Origin: Candidatus Methylomirabilota bacterium | GTDB taxonomy: Bacteria; Methylomirabilota; Methylomirabilia; Methylomirabilales; 2-02-FULL-66-22 | Assembly (NCBI GenBank): GCA_016209735.1 | Contig: JACQVN010000030.1 | Location: 3,265-67,264, forward strand | Direction: 5' to 3' | Length of the DNA: 64,000 nt | Shown here: piece after piece, positions 11,021-22,332 of the stretch | Numbering within the stretch: the first letter of the stretch is position 1 | Layout: each line of letters starts with the position of its first letter | Made by a program: the position numbers and the translations under genes | The notes under the pieces: model-generated | Database searches by the model: none | Told to the model about the DNA's origin: nothing | The model's input: the letters and a program-made list of their open reading frames with translations, nothing else

Positions 11021-11647
11021 GTGGCACGACACACCGATCCGGTCTGCAAGCTTTGCCGTCGCGAAGGGATGAAGCTGTTCCTGAAGGGGGACCGCTGCTA
11101 CTCGGTGAAGTGCGCCGTCGAGAAGCGCAATTACCCGCCGGGGGAGCACGGCCAGCGCCGTTCCAAGCCCACGGAATACGCCCAGCAGCTCCGCGAGAAG
11201 CAGAAGATGAAGCGGATCTATGGCGTGCAGGAGACCCAGTTCCGCACCTACTTCCAGAAGGCCGAGCACCAGAAGGGCGTCACCGGCGAGAACCTGGTCC
11301 GACTCCTGGAGCAGCGGTTGGACAACGTGGTCCACCGGCTGGGATTCGCCGCCTCCCGGGCCCAGGCTCGGGTCCTCATCGGCCAGGGGCATTTCCAGGT
11401 CAACGGCCGGCGCGCCACCGTCCCCTCCCTGCTGTTGAAGGCGGGGGACGCGGTGGAGGTCGCGCCGCGGAGCCGGGAACTCGTCGCCATCGCCGGGGCG
11501 CTGGAAGGGGCCAAGAAGCGGCGCGTGCCCTCCTGGCTGGAGATGGATGCGGCCAATCTCAAGGGGGTCTTGCGAACGCTGCCGAGCAAGGACGAGCTGG
11601 CGATTCCGGTGCAGGAGCAGTTGGTGGTCGCGCTGTATTCGAAGTGA
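11021..11647 (+). CDS. rpsD: 30S ribosomal protein S4
   Basis: [14 protein letters not shown]; [15 protein letters not shown]. Confidence 0.98.
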   Translation: MARHTDPVCKLCRREGMKLFLKGDRCYSVKCAVEKRNYPPGEHGQRRSKPTEYAQQLREKQKMKRIYGVQETQFRTYFQKAEHQKGVTGENLVRLLEQRLDNVVHRLGFAASRAQARVLIGQGHFQVNGRRATVPSLLLKAGDAVEVAPRSRELVAIAGALEGAKKRRVPSWLEMDAANLKGVLRTLPSKDELAIPVQEQLVVALYSK

Positions 11648-11669
11648 GACGGCGAGGGAGAGGCTGCGC

Positions 11670-12674
11670 ATGCAGAAGTTCAAGGGATTCCAGAAGCCCA
11701 AGCGGCTCGAGTGCGAGCTGGAAACGCTGACCAGCACGTACGGCAAGTTCGTGGCCGAGCCGTTGGAGCGCGGATTCGGACTGACTCTGGGGAACTCCCT
11801 GCGTCGGGTGCTGCTCTCCTCCATCGAGGGGGCGGCCATCACCACCGTGCGCGTCGCGGGGGTTCTCCACGAGTTCTCGACGGTCCCCGGCGTGAAGGAG
11901 GATGTTACCGACATCATCCTCAACCTGAAGCAGCTCCGGCTGAAGCTCAGCGGGGACGCCCCCCGTACCCTCAGCCTGCGGGCGGCGGGGGAAGGGGAGG
12001 TCCGCGCCTCCCAGATCACTGCGGACCCCACCGTGGAGATCCTGACTCCCGACCTCTACCTCTGTTCCCTGGACAAGGACGGTCGGCTGGACATGGAGCT
12101 GGAGGTGCGGCACGGCCGCGGCTACGTGCCGGCCGAGCGGAACAAGCGGGAGGGCATGCCGGTCGATGTCATGCCCATCGATGCCATCTTCTCGCCCATC
12201 CGAAAGGTGAACTTCCAGGTGGAGGATACCCGGGTCGGGCAGGCCACGGACTACAACAAGCTCATCCTGGAGGTGTGGACGGACGGCTCGGTGCTCCCGC
12301 AGGACGCCGTCGCCTACGCGGCCAAGATCCTCAAAGACCACCTCACCATCTTCATCAACTTCGAGGAAGAGGCGGAGACCGAGGAAGAGACCGTGGACGA
12401 GAGCCGGGACCGGATGCTGGATAACCTCAGTCGCCCCGTCGACGAGCTGGAACTCTCCGTGCGGTCCGCCAACTGCCTGAAGAATTCGAATATCCGGCAC
12501 ATCTACGAGTTGGTGGAGAAGACCGAAGCGGAGATGCTGAAGACCAAGAACTTCGGCCGCAAGTCCCTGAACGAAATCAAGGAGATTCTGGCGAACATGG
12601 GCCTGCACCTGGGCATGAAGCTGGACGGCCTGCCCGTGGGCGACGCCGCCAGGCGGAAAACGGCCAAGGGCTAG
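11670..12674 (+). CDS. rpoA: RNA polymerase alpha subunit
   Basis: [22 protein letters not shown]; [12 protein letters not shown]; [11 protein letters not shown]. Confidence 0.99.
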   Translation: MQKFKGFQKPKRLECELETLTSTYGKFVAEPLERGFGLTLGNSLRRVLLSSIEGAAITTVRVAGVLHEFSTVPGVKEDVTDIILNLKQLRLKLSGDAPRTLSLRAAGEGEVRASQITADPTVEILTPDLYLCSLDKDGRLDMELEVRHGRGYVPAERNKREGMPVDVMPIDAIFSPIRKVNFQVEDTRVGQATDYNKLILEVWTDGSVLPQDAVAYAAKILKDHLTIFINFEEEAETEEETVDESRDRMLDNLSRPVDELELSVRSANCLKNSNIRHIYELVEKTEAEMLKTKNFGRKSLNEIKEILANMGLHLGMKLDGLPVGDAARRKTAKG

Positions 12675-12708
12675 CGCGGACGGCGCAATTCGGGGGAGAC
12701 CAACGGCC

Positions 12709-13197
12709 ATGCGGCATCGCAGAGCGGGGCGGAAACTCGGTCGGACCACGGCCCACCGGGAGATGATGATGCGGAACCTGGTGACCTCCCTGGTCCTGTA
12801 CGAAAAGATCATCACCACGGCGGCCAAGGCCAAAGAGCTTCGTCGGGTGGCGGAGCGGCTGGTCACCTTGGCCAAGCGCGGTGACCTCCACGCCCGGCGG
12901 CAGGCAGCCGAGGTGCTGAACGACGAGAAGGCGGTCAAGAAGATATTCGAGAGTCTGGGAGGACGCTACCAGGAGCGCAATGGCGGGTACACCCGCATCA
13001 CCAAACTGGACTACCGGATGGGGGACGGGGCGCCCCTGGCCGCCATCGAGTTCGTCGGTGCGGAGGTTCCTGCCGAGGCCAAGAAACCCAAGGCGAAGGC
13101 CAAGGGTCCCGAGTCGGCCGAGGCGGGAACGGGACGGCGCAGAAGGCGCCGCCGGCGCAAGGCGGAGGCTCCGGCGGCGGCCGGCGCGGAAGGCTGA
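12709..13197 (+). CDS. rplQ: 50S ribosomal protein L17
   Basis: [12 protein letters not shown]; RNGGYTRI. Confidence 0.98.
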   Translation: MRHRRAGRKLGRTTAHREMMMRNLVTSLVLYEKIITTAAKAKELRRVAERLVTLAKRGDLHARRQAAEVLNDEKAVKKIFESLGGRYQERNGGYTRITKLDYRMGDGAPLAAIEFVGAEVPAEAKKPKAKAKGPESAEAGTGRRRRRRRRKAEAPAAAGAEG

Positions 13198-13294
13198 GCG
13201 TCCGGTGTCTCCGGCATGAGCGAATTACGCCCTTCCACAGCGGATTGCGGAAGGGCGTTTGCATTCCGGCGGCCGGGCGGCACGGGGAATCCCC

Positions 13295-14548
13295 ATGGAT
13301 GTGCTCCTGAAGTACGGACACCGGAATCAGGTCTGCCGATTCCCGGAGGCGGGGGTAAAGCTTTGCATCCTGCGGCCGGGCCGCCAGGCCGCGGTGGCCG
13401 ACGAGACGGCGGCCCTGCGCGCCGCGCTGGCCCAACCCGTGGGGAGTCCCCGGCTGTCGGCCCTGGTCTCTCCAGGTCAGACGGTGGCCGTGGTCACCTC
13501 GGACATCACCCGGCCGTGTCCATCGCACCGCCTCGTGCCGCCGGTCCTGGGCGAACTGAATGCGGCGGGGGTGACCGACGACGACGTCCTGGTGGTGCTG
13601 GGCCTCGGCGTCCACCGCCCGCACACGGCAAAGGAGCGGGAGCGGCTGGTCGGACCCGCCGTGGCAAAGCGGGTGCGCTGCATCGACTCTGACCCACAGG
13701 ACGTGGCGCGCGTCGGGGTCACGCGGCAGGGAACGCCCGTGGAGGTGTTCCGCCCGGTGCTCGCTGCGGATGTCCGGATCTGCCTGGGGGTGATCGAGTA
13801 CCATTACTTCGCCGGGTACAGCGGCGGCCTGAAAGCCCTGGTTCCCGGCGTCTCGAGCGCCGCCACGATCCAGGCCACGCACCGTCGCATGACGGAGCCC
13901 CACGCCGTCGCCGGCGTCCTGGAGGGCAACCCGGTGCGCGCGGATCTCGATGAAGCCGGCGAGCTGATCGGCGCCTCCTTCCTGCTGAACGTGGTGGTGG
14001 ACGAGGAGCACAGGATCGTCAAGGCCGTGGCCGGGCAGCCGCGCCTCGCCCATCAGGCGGGATGCCGGGCCCTGGATGCCTTCGGGCGGGCGCTCGTGGA
14101 TCGGCCTGCTGACTTGGTCGTGGTGGGTGCGGGGGGCGCCCCCAAGGACCTCAATCTGTATCAGGCGCAAAAGGCCCTGGACAACGCCCGGCACGTGGTC
14201 CGGCCCGGCGGTGTCATCCTCCTGGTGGCGGAGTGCCCGGAGGGGCTGGGGAGCGAGACCTTCGCCGCCTGGATGCGGGATCCGGGCGGCCCGAGCGCCA
14301 TCCTGGCGCGGATCCACCGGGAATTCGTGCTGGGGGGGCACAAGGCCGCGGCGGTGGCCCAGGCCATGACGCGGGCCGAGGTAGCCCTGGTCTCCGCCAT
14401 CCCACCCCAGGAGGCCCGGAGTTACGGCTTCCACCCCTACGACAGCGTGGAGGCGGCCCTGGCCGCGGCCCTGGCCAAGCTCCCTCCGGATCCGCTGGTC
14501 GTGGTGATGCCCGAGGGGGGCGCTCTCCTGCCGGCCGTGTCGAGTTGA
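13295..14548 (+). CDS. LarA-family (nickel-pincer) alpha-hydroxy acid racemase/epimerase
   Basis: SDITRP, LGVHR, HYFAGYSGGLK, GNPVRADL, PKDLNLYQAQK, ECPEGLG motifs. Confidence 0.85.
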   Translation: MDVLLKYGHRNQVCRFPEAGVKLCILRPGRQAAVADETAALRAALAQPVGSPRLSALVSPGQTVAVVTSDITRPCPSHRLVPPVLGELNAAGVTDDDVLVVLGLGVHRPHTAKERERLVGPAVAKRVRCIDSDPQDVARVGVTRQGTPVEVFRPVLAADVRICLGVIEYHYFAGYSGGLKALVPGVSSAATIQATHRRMTEPHAVAGVLEGNPVRADLDEAGELIGASFLLNVVVDEEHRIVKAVAGQPRLAHQAGCRALDAFGRALVDRPADLVVVGAGGAPKDLNLYQAQKALDNARHVVRPGGVILLVAECPEGLGSETFAAWMRDPGGPSAILARIHREFVLGGHKAAAVAQAMTRAEVALVSAIPPQEARSYGFHPYDSVEAALAAALAKLPPDPLVVVMPEGGALLPAVSS

Positions 14549-14603
14549 AGGACGGGGCGAGGAAGGTGCGACCGACCGGTCTGGCGCCCGCAGGAGTTTT
14601 CCC

Positions 14604-14660
14604 TTGCACGGCTCCCGGGGAGTGTGCTAGCTGGTTCTTGCGCTGATGGCGCAAGAACCA
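14604..14660 (+). promoter_or_regulatory. Putative sigma70 promoter followed immediately by a palindrome-family copy (14632-14660)
   Basis: TTGCAC then TG-N-TAGCT; then tggttcttgcgc-tgatg-gcgcaagaacca. Confidence 0.45.
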
Positions 14661-14781
14661 AACCAGTCCAAGAGTCAGGGGTGAGAAACTACGGGCGTAC
14701 GGGCATGACGGCGTGGACTCCGCGGGGCTTTCCCCGCGAGGGGCTCCGTCCTGTGGCATCCGCATATCCACGAGGGGAACA

Positions 14782-16878
14782 ATGAAACGATCCGAGACGG
14801 CAAAGATCCGCAACGTCGCTGTCGTCGCACACGGCAGCGCCGGAAAGACGACCCTCACCGAGGCCATGCTCTTCTCTGCCGGGGCCACCACCCGCCTGGG
14901 GCGCGTGGAGGACGGGACCACCATCACGGATTTCGACGACGACGAGATCCGGCGGAAGATCAGCATCAGCACGGCCTTGGCCTGGGCGGAGTGGAAGGGG
15001 CATAAGCTCAACCTGCTGGATACCCCCGGGTACGCGGCCTTCCTGGCTGATGCCAGGAACGCGCTGCGGGTGGCGGATGCGGCCATCGTGGTGGTGGGGG
15101 CGCCCGACGGGGTGAAGGTCTCGACCGAGAAGGTGTGGGGCTACGCCGCCGCCTTCGGGCTGCCGCGGGTCATCTACCTGTCCAAGATGGACCGGGAGCG
15201 GGCCGACTTCGGCCGGGCCCTGGAAGATGTCCGGAAGACACTGTCCGCCCAGGCCGTTCCGCTGCAGGTGGCCATCGGGGAGGAGGCGGGCTTCAGTGGG
15301 GTGGTGGATCTGGTGAAGATGCGCGCCCTCCGCTTCACGGCCGACGGACCGGGGAAGGCGACGGACGAGGAGGTGCCGGACGCGGTTCGGGCTGCCGCGG
15401 AGGCGCAGCGGGCCGTGCTGGTCGAGGCCGTGGCCGAGGCCGACGATCGCTTGCTGGAGAAGTACCTGGAGGCGGGCGAGCTGTCCGAGGCGGAGCTGCG
15501 CGAGGGTCTTGCCCGCAGCATCCGGGAGGAAAAGATCTTCCCGGTGCTGTGCGGGGCGCCGGCCCGTAATGTGGCGGTGACACCGCTCCTGGACTTCATC
15601 GTCGAATACCTCCCATCCCCCCTGGATCGGCCGGCGGTGACGGGGGCGACCGGGAAGGGGGAGGAGATCTCCAGCCGGGAGGCCAGGGACGAGGCGCCGC
15701 TGGCGGCCCTGGTCTTCAAGACCATTGCGGACCCGTACGCCGGCAAGGTCACCATGTTCCGCGTCTACGCGGGGACGCTCCACTCGGATTCGACGATCTT
15801 CAACGCCGGCAAGGACGTCAAGGAGCGGATCGGCCAGCTCCAGCTCATCCGCGGGAAGCAGCAGGCAGCAACGGAGGCCATCGGGGCGGGGGATCTCGGT
15901 GCCGTGGTGAAGCTGAAGGAGACGGGTACCGGCGATACCCTGTGCGACGAGAAGAATCCCATCCGGCTGCCCGGCATCAGCTTCCCGGCCCCGGTCATCT
16001 CCTTTGCCGTGGAGCCGAAAGCCAAGGGGGACGAGGACAAGATGAGCACGGCCTTCGCCCGGCTGCGGGAGGAGGATCCCACGATCCAGATCCGGTACGA
16101 CGCCCAGACCAAAGAGACGGTGGTCTCCGGCATGGGGCGGGCCCACGTGGAGATCGTGGCCGAGCGCCTCAAGCGGAAGTTCGGCGTGGAGGTTACCCTG
16201 AAGATGCCGCGCGTTCCCTACAAGGAGACCATCAAGGCCAAGGTCCGCGAGGTCCAGGGCCGCCACAAGAAGCAGACGGGCGGGCGCGGCCAGTTCGGGG
16301 ATTGCTGGATCCACATGGACCCGCTCCCCCGGGGAGCCGGCTTCGAGTTCGTCAATGCCATCGTGGGCGGCGTGATTCCGAGGAACTTCATCCCCGCCGT
16401 GGAGAAGGGGATCGTGGAGGCCATGGAGCGGGGGGCCGTGGCTGGCTACCAGACGGTGGATCTCCGCGTCACCCTCTACGACGGCTCCACGCATCCCGTG
16501 GACTCCTCGGAGCTGGCCTTCAAGCTGGCCGGCCGCCTGGCCTTCCGCAGAGCCATGACCCAGGCCAGGCCGGTTCTCCTGGAGCCGATCATGACCGTGG
16601 ACGTGGTGGCCCCCGGCGACTGCATGGGAGACATCGTGGGGGATCTCAACAGCAAGCGGGGGCGGGTGCTGGGCATCGAGGCCAAGGGCCGCAACCAGGT
16701 GGTCAAAGCCAGCGTGCCGCTGGCGGAGATGCTGGAGTACGACTCGCGCCTCAGGTCCATCACCGGGGATCGGGGGGACTACAGCATGGAGTTCTCTCAC
16801 TACGAGGAGGTCCCTGCCCACATCCAGGAGAAGATCGTCGCCGAATCGAAGCCCACTGCAGAGGAAGAGGAGGAGTAG
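14782..16878 (+). CDS. fusA: Elongation factor G paralogue (EF-G2 type)
   Basis: Full EF-G architecture (HKKQTGGRGQFG, VDSSELAF, LLEPIM) but G-motifs AHGSAGKTT/DTPGY/SKMD; outside the str operon. Confidence 0.9.
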   Translation: MKRSETAKIRNVAVVAHGSAGKTTLTEAMLFSAGATTRLGRVEDGTTITDFDDDEIRRKISISTALAWAEWKGHKLNLLDTPGYAAFLADARNALRVADAAIVVVGAPDGVKVSTEKVWGYAAAFGLPRVIYLSKMDRERADFGRALEDVRKTLSAQAVPLQVAIGEEAGFSGVVDLVKMRALRFTADGPGKATDEEVPDAVRAAAEAQRAVLVEAVAEADDRLLEKYLEAGELSEAELREGLARSIREEKIFPVLCGAPARNVAVTPLLDFIVEYLPSPLDRPAVTGATGKGEEISSREARDEAPLAALVFKTIADPYAGKVTMFRVYAGTLHSDSTIFNAGKDVKERIGQLQLIRGKQQAATEAIGAGDLGAVVKLKETGTGDTLCDEKNPIRLPGISFPAPVISFAVEPKAKGDEDKMSTAFARLREEDPTIQIRYDAQTKETVVSGMGRAHVEIVAERLKRKFGVEVTLKMPRVPYKETIKAKVREVQGRHKKQTGGRGQFGDCWIHMDPLPRGAGFEFVNAIVGGVIPRNFIPAVEKGIVEAMERGAVAGYQTVDLRVTLYDGSTHPVDSSELAFKLAGRLAFRRAMTQARPVLLEPIMTVDVVAPGDCMGDIVGDLNSKRGRVLGIEAKGRNQVVKASVPLAEMLEYDSRLRSITGDRGDYSMEFSHYEEVPAHIQEKIVAESKPTAEEEEE

Positions 16879-16898
16879 CGGCCCTCCCGCTTTTTCCC

Positions 16899-16964
16899 TT
16901 GCCCGGGCAGCCGGTACTGTGCTATAAGACACACAGAGTGGGCACACGCCCGCTCTTTGTGTTT
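16899..16964 (+). promoter_or_regulatory. rimP promoter and rimP-leader hairpin
   Basis: TTGCCC..TG-N-TATAAG (16923-28), then GAGTGGGC-acac-GCCCGCTC + T-rich tract, typical of the rimP leader. Confidence 0.7.
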
Positions 16965-16986
16965 CGTGCGGGGAGACGAGTCGAGC

Positions 16987-17475
16987 ATGGCACGTGCAAG
17001 GGGCGGCGCCTCGCCGGCCGCGGATATCCTCGGGCGGGTTCGGCCGCTGGCCGAGACGGTGGCGGCCGGACAGGGCCACGAGCTGGTGGGAGTGGAGTTC
17101 CGCCGAGAGGCCCACGGCTGGATCCTGCGCATCTTCATCGATCACCCGGGCGGGGTGACCCTCGACCACTGCCAGCGCATGAGTGAGGAGTTGGGGGATC
17201 ACCTGGATGTTGAGGACCTCATTGCCCATCCCTACCACTTGGAAGTTTCGTCTCCCGGGCTGGATCGCCCGCTGACACGCGAGGCGGACTTCGTGCGGTT
17301 TGCGGGCCGGGATGCCCGTATCATGACCCGGGAAGCCATGGCGGGGCAGCGAAACTTCCGCGGGCGCCTGGCGGGCCAGGACGGTCGGGCCATCATCCTG
17401 GAACGGTCGGACGGCCAACGGGTGGCCATTCCTTACGACCTCATCCTCAAAGCGCGACTCGAGCCGGAGCTCTAG
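16987..17475 (+). CDS. rimP: Ribosome maturation factor RimP
   Basis: LRIFIDHPGGVTLDHC; YHLEVSSPGLDRPL. Confidence 0.97.
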   Translation: MARARGGASPAADILGRVRPLAETVAAGQGHELVGVEFRREAHGWILRIFIDHPGGVTLDHCQRMSEELGDHLDVEDLIAHPYHLEVSSPGLDRPLTREADFVRFAGRDARIMTREAMAGQRNFRGRLAGQDGRAIILERSDGQRVAIPYDLILKARLEPEL

Positions 17476-17564
17476 CCGCCGCCGCGGCGGCAGCCGATCC
17501 TGGGGGGAGTGGGGAGCGGTCCGCCCTGCGGCAAGGGCCCCGGGTTACACAGGGGAGGCACGGC

Positions 17565-18947
17565 ATGGACCTGATGCAGGTCATCGATCAGATCGGACGG
17601 GAGAAGGGCATCGAGAAGGGAGTGCTCATCGATGCTGTGGGAGCGGCGATCCTCTCCGCCTCCAGGAAGAGCTTGCCCGCGGCACAGGCCGCCCTGGATC
17701 TCCGCGTGGATTTCGACGCCAAGACGTCCCAGTTCATGCTCTACGCCGTCAAGAAGGTGGTGGACACAGTTGCCAACTCCAAGGTGGAAGTCGGCCTGGA
17801 GGAGGCGCAGCAGATCAACTCCAGCGTGCAGATCGGCGACGAGGTGCGATCTCCCGTTCCCGTGCCGGCCCAGAGCTTCGGTCGTATTGCCGCGCAGACC
17901 GCCAAGCAGGTGATCATTCAGCGGGTGCGCGAGGCCGAGCGGGACTCGGTGTACCAGATCTTCAAGGAGAAGGAAGGGGAGTTGGTGCACGGCTTGGTCC
18001 AGCGGGTCATCAAGGGCAGCGTGATCCTGAACATCGGGAAGGCGGAGGCGATTCTTCCCCAGCGGGAGCAGTTGCCGCGGGAGGAGTTCCGGGTGGGGGA
18101 CCGCGTCCGGGCCTACATCCTGGACGTCAAGAAGACGACCAAGGGCTCCCAAATTGTGGTGTCGCGCACCCACCCCGGGTTCCTGAAGCGGCTCTTCGAG
18201 CTGGAGGTGCCCGAGATCTACGAGGGGATCGTGGAGGTCCGGGCCGCCGCGCGGGAGGCGGGGGAGCGGGCGAAGATCGCGGTGGTCTCCAAGGACAGCA
18301 ACGTGGACCCGGTGGGAGCGTGCGTGGGCTACCGGGGCGCGCGCGTGCAGTCTATCGTCCGGGAGCTGCAGGGGGAGAAGATCGACATCATCCCCTGGCG
18401 CGAGGAGCCGGCGTCCTTCGTCAAGGCGGCGCTGGCGCCGGCGGAGGTGCAGCGGGTCACGGCGGATTCGGAGACACGCACCCTGCGCGTGGTGGTGGCG
18501 GACGATCAGCTCTCCCTGGCCATCGGGAGGCGGGGACAGAACGCCCGCCTGGCCGCCAAGCTGGTTGGCTGGAAGGTGGATATCAAGAGTACGGCGGAGC
18601 TGCAGCGCGAAGCCCAGGCGGCGTTCTCCGGTCTGCTGGGAGCGCAGGGTCGGGGGGAGATGCCCGCCCCCGAGGACCCCGAGGCGGCCATCCGTCGGCT
18701 GGTGGCCCTGCCGGGCGTGGGAGAGCGGCTGGCCGCCCGCCTGGTGGCGGCCGGCTATACCAGTCTGCGCCGCTTGGCCGACGCCGGCCTGGAGGCGCTG
18801 CAGGAGATCGACGGCATCGGGTTGAAGAGCGCGGAGCGGATCCAGTTCGCCGCGCGCGAGGCGCTGGCCGAGCTGGAGGCGGCCGAGGCGCCGCCGGCGG
18901 CGGGGACCCCGGGAGGCGAGGCCGACAGCGAGGCAGTGGAGGGCTGA
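17565..18947 (+). CDS. nusA: Transcription factor NusA
   Basis: FGRIAAQTAKQVI; LFELEVPEI; SLAIGRRGQNARLA. Confidence 0.98.
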   Translation: MDLMQVIDQIGREKGIEKGVLIDAVGAAILSASRKSLPAAQAALDLRVDFDAKTSQFMLYAVKKVVDTVANSKVEVGLEEAQQINSSVQIGDEVRSPVPVPAQSFGRIAAQTAKQVIIQRVREAERDSVYQIFKEKEGELVHGLVQRVIKGSVILNIGKAEAILPQREQLPREEFRVGDRVRAYILDVKKTTKGSQIVVSRTHPGFLKRLFELEVPEIYEGIVEVRAAAREAGERAKIAVVSKDSNVDPVGACVGYRGARVQSIVRELQGEKIDIIPWREEPASFVKAALAPAEVQRVTADSETRTLRVVVADDQLSLAIGRRGQNARLAAKLVGWKVDIKSTAELQREAQAAFSGLLGAQGRGEMPAPEDPEAAIRRLVALPGVGERLAARLVAAGYTSLRRLADAGLEALQEIDGIGLKSAERIQFAAREALAELEAAEAPPAAGTPGGEADSEAVEG

Positions 18948-18953
18948 GTCCCC

Positions 18954-19268
18954 ATGGGGCGCCCGTCGCTTCGCACCTGTGTCGGCTGTCGGAGGCGCCG
19001 CGAGCGGCGGGAGCTGGTGCGACTTCATGCCGACGCTGACGGCCGGTTGACCATCAGCCGGCCGGGGGCGGCAGGACGGGGAGCGCACCTCTGCCCATGC
19101 CCCGACTGCCTCCAGAAGGCGCTGGCGGGAAAACGGTTCCCCCGCGCGCTGCGCCGGCCCGTGATCATCGCGGATCCCGCGGCGCTGGCGCCAGCGTTCT
19201 GCGGGGAGATTCAGCGACGCTTCCCGGCGAAGACGGGGCGCGAGGGTGACCAGGCGGCAGCCGGATAA
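18954..19268 (+). CDS. ylxR: YlxR/DUF448 (RnpM) family protein
   Basis: RTCVGCR...GRGAHLC...CLQKA; lies between nusA and infB. Confidence 0.9.
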   Translation: MGRPSLRTCVGCRRRRERRELVRLHADADGRLTISRPGAAGRGAHLCPCPDCLQKALAGKRFPRALRRPVIIADPAALAPAFCGEIQRRFPAKTGREGDQAAAG

Positions 19269-19336
19269 AGGCGACGGACCGGAGCCCCGGTCCGAGGAGT
19301 CTCCGCTCGTGGAGCGGGGCAGTGGAGGATGGCAGC

Positions 19337-22036
19337 GTGGGTATGGTGCGGGTATATGACTTGGCAACCGCGTTCCGTCTGACGACCAAGGAAGTCTTGG
19401 AGCGACTGAGCGCCGGCGGGGTCGAGGCCACCACCTTCGGCAGTTCGGTGGACGAGGTCAGGGCCCGGGAGGTTCTCAGCCAGCCGGTGGCCCGCATCCC
19501 GGCCCGGACCATGCGGCCTGGATCGGGCACGACCCCGGCGAAGCCCGCCCCCAAGCGCGCCGCCCGCCCCAAGACCAAGGCCGCCGCCGGAGAATCGCCG
19601 GAGGCTGCCCAGCCCGCTCCCCGGCGCCGGACGGCCACCAAGGTCGGGGAAGAGGGCGAGGCAAAGCCCACCCCCAAGCCCCGGGCGCCGCGCAAGCGGG
19701 CCGCGGTCGTCGAGGCAAAGCCGCTCCTGGTCACCCTGGAGGCGCCGACGGTGGAGCCGGTCGCCGCGGCCCCGGTGCTGGAGCCGCCTCCTCTCCCCGC
19801 CGAGCCGCCGGCGACAGTTCCGGTTGTCCCCATCAAACCGGCCGCGCCGCCACCGCTTTCGGTCGTCGAGCCGGTGGCACCCGCCGCAGCCCGCGAACCG
19901 GTGGTGTGGGGGGAAACCCCGTCTCCCCTCCCGGCGGAGGCGCCGCTGGTGGAGAAGCCGAGGCCGGTCACCCCGCCGCTCGAAGCGGCACCTCCCCCGC
20001 CCCGCCCCGCCCCGCCCCGCCCGGGAGCGCCGCGCAAGCCGGCCCCGCCAGTGGCCGAGGGGTGGCGGGCGGATCAGGAGCTTCCGCGGCCGGCGGTGGA
20101 GCCGCCGCGGCCAGTGGTGGCCGAAGGGCAGGCGCCGGACCTGGGCGCCCTGGAATCCGCTGCGCCCAGCTTCCTGGCTCCCGAGCCCGAGGTGGCGGCC
20201 CCCAGCGAGGTGAAGGCGCCCGCCAGGGCCCCCGCTCCTCCGCCCCCCCCGAAGCCGGCGCCTCCGGCCCCCCCGGCCCCCAAGATTCTGAAGGTGGGCG
20301 AGGCCTTGACCCCGAAGGCGCTGGCGGAGCGCATGTCGGCGGCGACCAGCGACGTGATCAAGCGCTTGATCAAGCTGGGGGTGCTGGCCACCATCAACAC
20401 CCCCATCGATCTGGAGACCGTTGGAAAGGTGGCGCAGCAGTTCGGGTACAGCGTGGAACAGGCGTCGCCCGAGGAGATGGTGGCCGAGATCACAGAGGTC
20501 GAGGATCCCAGGCTGGTCCGGCCGCGGGCCCCGGTGGTGACGGTCATGGGGCACGTCGACCACGGCAAGACCTCGCTCCTGGATGCCATCCGGCACACCA
20601 ACGTGATCGCCACCGAGGCGGGGGGCATCACCCAACACATCGGTGCCTACGAGGTCGAGGTTCCGGGGCATGCCGTGGACCGGGTGGTGTTCCTGGATAC
20701 GCCGGGCCACGAGGCCTTCACGGCCATGCGGGCCCGTGGGGCACAGGCCACGGACATCGTGGTCCTGGTGGTGGCGGCGGACGACGGCGTGATGCCGCAG
20801 ACTATCGAGGCCATCAACCATGCCAAGGATGCCAAGGTGCCCATCCTGGTGGCCATCAACAAGATCGACAAGGCCGATGCCGACCCCAACCGGATCAAGC
20901 AGCAGCTCGCCGAGTACAACCTGGTGCCCGAGGAGTGGGGCGGCGAGACGATCTTCGTGGCGGTCTCGGCCAAGCGGCGGGAGGGGATCGAGAATCTCCT
21001 GGACAACCTGCTGGTCCTGGCCGAGGTGCAGGAGCTGAAGGCGAACCCGGACAAGCCGGCCCGCGGCCTGGTGGTGGAGGCCGAGCTGGACAAGGGGCGG
21101 GGGCCGGTGGCCACCGTGCTGGTGCAGGCCGGCAGCCTGCGGGTGGGGGACGTCATCGTGGCCGGATTCCATCACGGACGCGTGCGCGCCATGGTGAACG
21201 ACAAGGGTCGGAAGATCGGCCTTGCCGGGCCGGCCACTCCCGTGGAGATTCTCGGGCTCTCCGGGGTGCCGCTGGCCGGCGACACCTTCGCCGCCGTGGG
21301 CGACGAGCGGAAGGCGCGCCAGATCGCCCTGGCGCGCCAGGAAAAGCATCGCCAGGAGACCATGGTCAGCCAGCCCCGCACCACCCTGGATGCCTTGCAC
21401 CAGCAGATCCAGCAGGGGGAGGTGAAGGATCTCCGCATGATCCTCAAGGGAGATGTCCAGGGGTCGGTGGAGCCCCTGCGCGACTCCCTGGAGCGCCTGG
21501 GCACCGAGCAGGTCAAGGTCCGGGTGATCCACAGCTCGGTGGGGGCCATCACCGAGAGCGACATCATGCTGGCCTCCGCCTCCAATGCCATCATCGTGGG
21601 CTTCAACGTCCGCCCGGAGCCCAAGGCACAGCGACTGGCCGAACAGGAGCGGGTAGACGTGCGCCTCTACACGGTCATCTACGACGCCATCAAGGAGGTT
21701 CGCGCCGCCATGGAGGGGCTGTTGGAGCCCCAGTTGATCGAGCGCCCGCTGGGCCGCGTGGAGGTGCGCCAGGCCTTCAACATCTCGAAGGTCGGCACCA
21801 TCGCCGGCTCCTTTGTGGTGGACGGCAAGGTGACGCGGGACGCCTCGGTGCGCCTGGTGCGAGACGGGCGGGTCATCTTCACCGGCAAGATCGCCTCCCT
21901 GCGCCGCTTCAAGGACGACGTGCGCGAGGTGCAGAGCGGCCTGGAATGCGGCATCGGGCTCGTGAACTACAACGACATTCACCAGGGCGACATCCTGGAA
22001 GCCTACGAGGTCGAGGAGGTCGCCCCCAAGCTCTGA
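19337..22036 (+). CDS. infB: Translation initiation factor IF-2, long Pro/Ala-rich N-domain
   Basis: [13 protein letters not shown]; [10 protein letters not shown]; [16 protein letters not shown]; start chosen from SD spacing. Confidence 0.98.
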   Translation: MGMVRVYDLATAFRLTTKEVLERLSAGGVEATTFGSSVDEVRAREVLSQPVARIPARTMRPGSGTTPAKPAPKRAARPKTKAAAGESPEAAQPAPRRRTATKVGEEGEAKPTPKPRAPRKRAAVVEAKPLLVTLEAPTVEPVAAAPVLEPPPLPAEPPATVPVVPIKPAAPPPLSVVEPVAPAAAREPVVWGETPSPLPAEAPLVEKPRPVTPPLEAAPPPPRPAPPRPGAPRKPAPPVAEGWRADQELPRPAVEPPRPVVAEGQAPDLGALESAAPSFLAPEPEVAAPSEVKAPARAPAPPPPPKPAPPAPPAPKILKVGEALTPKALAERMSAATSDVIKRLIKLGVLATINTPIDLETVGKVAQQFGYSVEQASPEEMVAEITEVEDPRLVRPRAPVVTVMGHVDHGKTSLLDAIRHTNVIATEAGGITQHIGAYEVEVPGHAVDRVVFLDTPGHEAFTAMRARGAQATDIVVLVVAADDGVMPQTIEAINHAKDAKVPILVAINKIDKADADPNRIKQQLAEYNLVPEEWGGETIFVAVSAKRREGIENLLDNLLVLAEVQELKANPDKPARGLVVEAELDKGRGPVATVLVQAGSLRVGDVIVAGFHHGRVRAMVNDKGRKIGLAGPATPVEILGLSGVPLAGDTFAAVGDERKARQIALARQEKHRQETMVSQPRTTLDALHQQIQQGEVKDLRMILKGDVQGSVEPLRDSLERLGTEQVKVRVIHSSVGAITESDIMLASASNAIIVGFNVRPEPKAQRLAEQERVDVRLYTVIYDAIKEVRAAMEGLLEPQLIERPLGRVEVRQAFNISKVGTIAGSFVVDGKVTRDASVRLVRDGRVIFTGKIASLRRFKDDVREVQSGLECGIGLVNYNDIHQGDILEAYEVEEVAPKL

Positions 22037-22072
22037 AGCAATGACCCATGAATCAAGGATCAATGACCAATG

Positions 22073-22316
22073 GGTTCTTGCGCTGGCGCACAGGAACCAT
22101 ACTTGAAACACAGCAGAGAACCTCTGGGGGATTGGCCGGAAGTGAACACGGACCACCCCAGGAGGAGGTCACCCCGAGGGTTACGCGTGATGGGACACGA
22201 CCCGAATCGCCGGGGGTCGCCTCCCAGTATACGTTCCCTTGATGAGACTGCCCGGAAGCCCCGCGCAAAAATTCTTTGCACTACCAGTTTGGTTTTTGCG
22301 TACAGCGCAAAAACCA
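22073..22316. other. Structured non-coding insert bracketed by two palindrome-family copies (possible non-autonomous element or ncRNA)
   Basis: Palindromes at 22073-22098 and 22290-22316; two internal stem-loops; no credible ORF. Confidence 0.45.
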
Positions 22317-22332
22317 GGGCGGAGCCAGCGGG

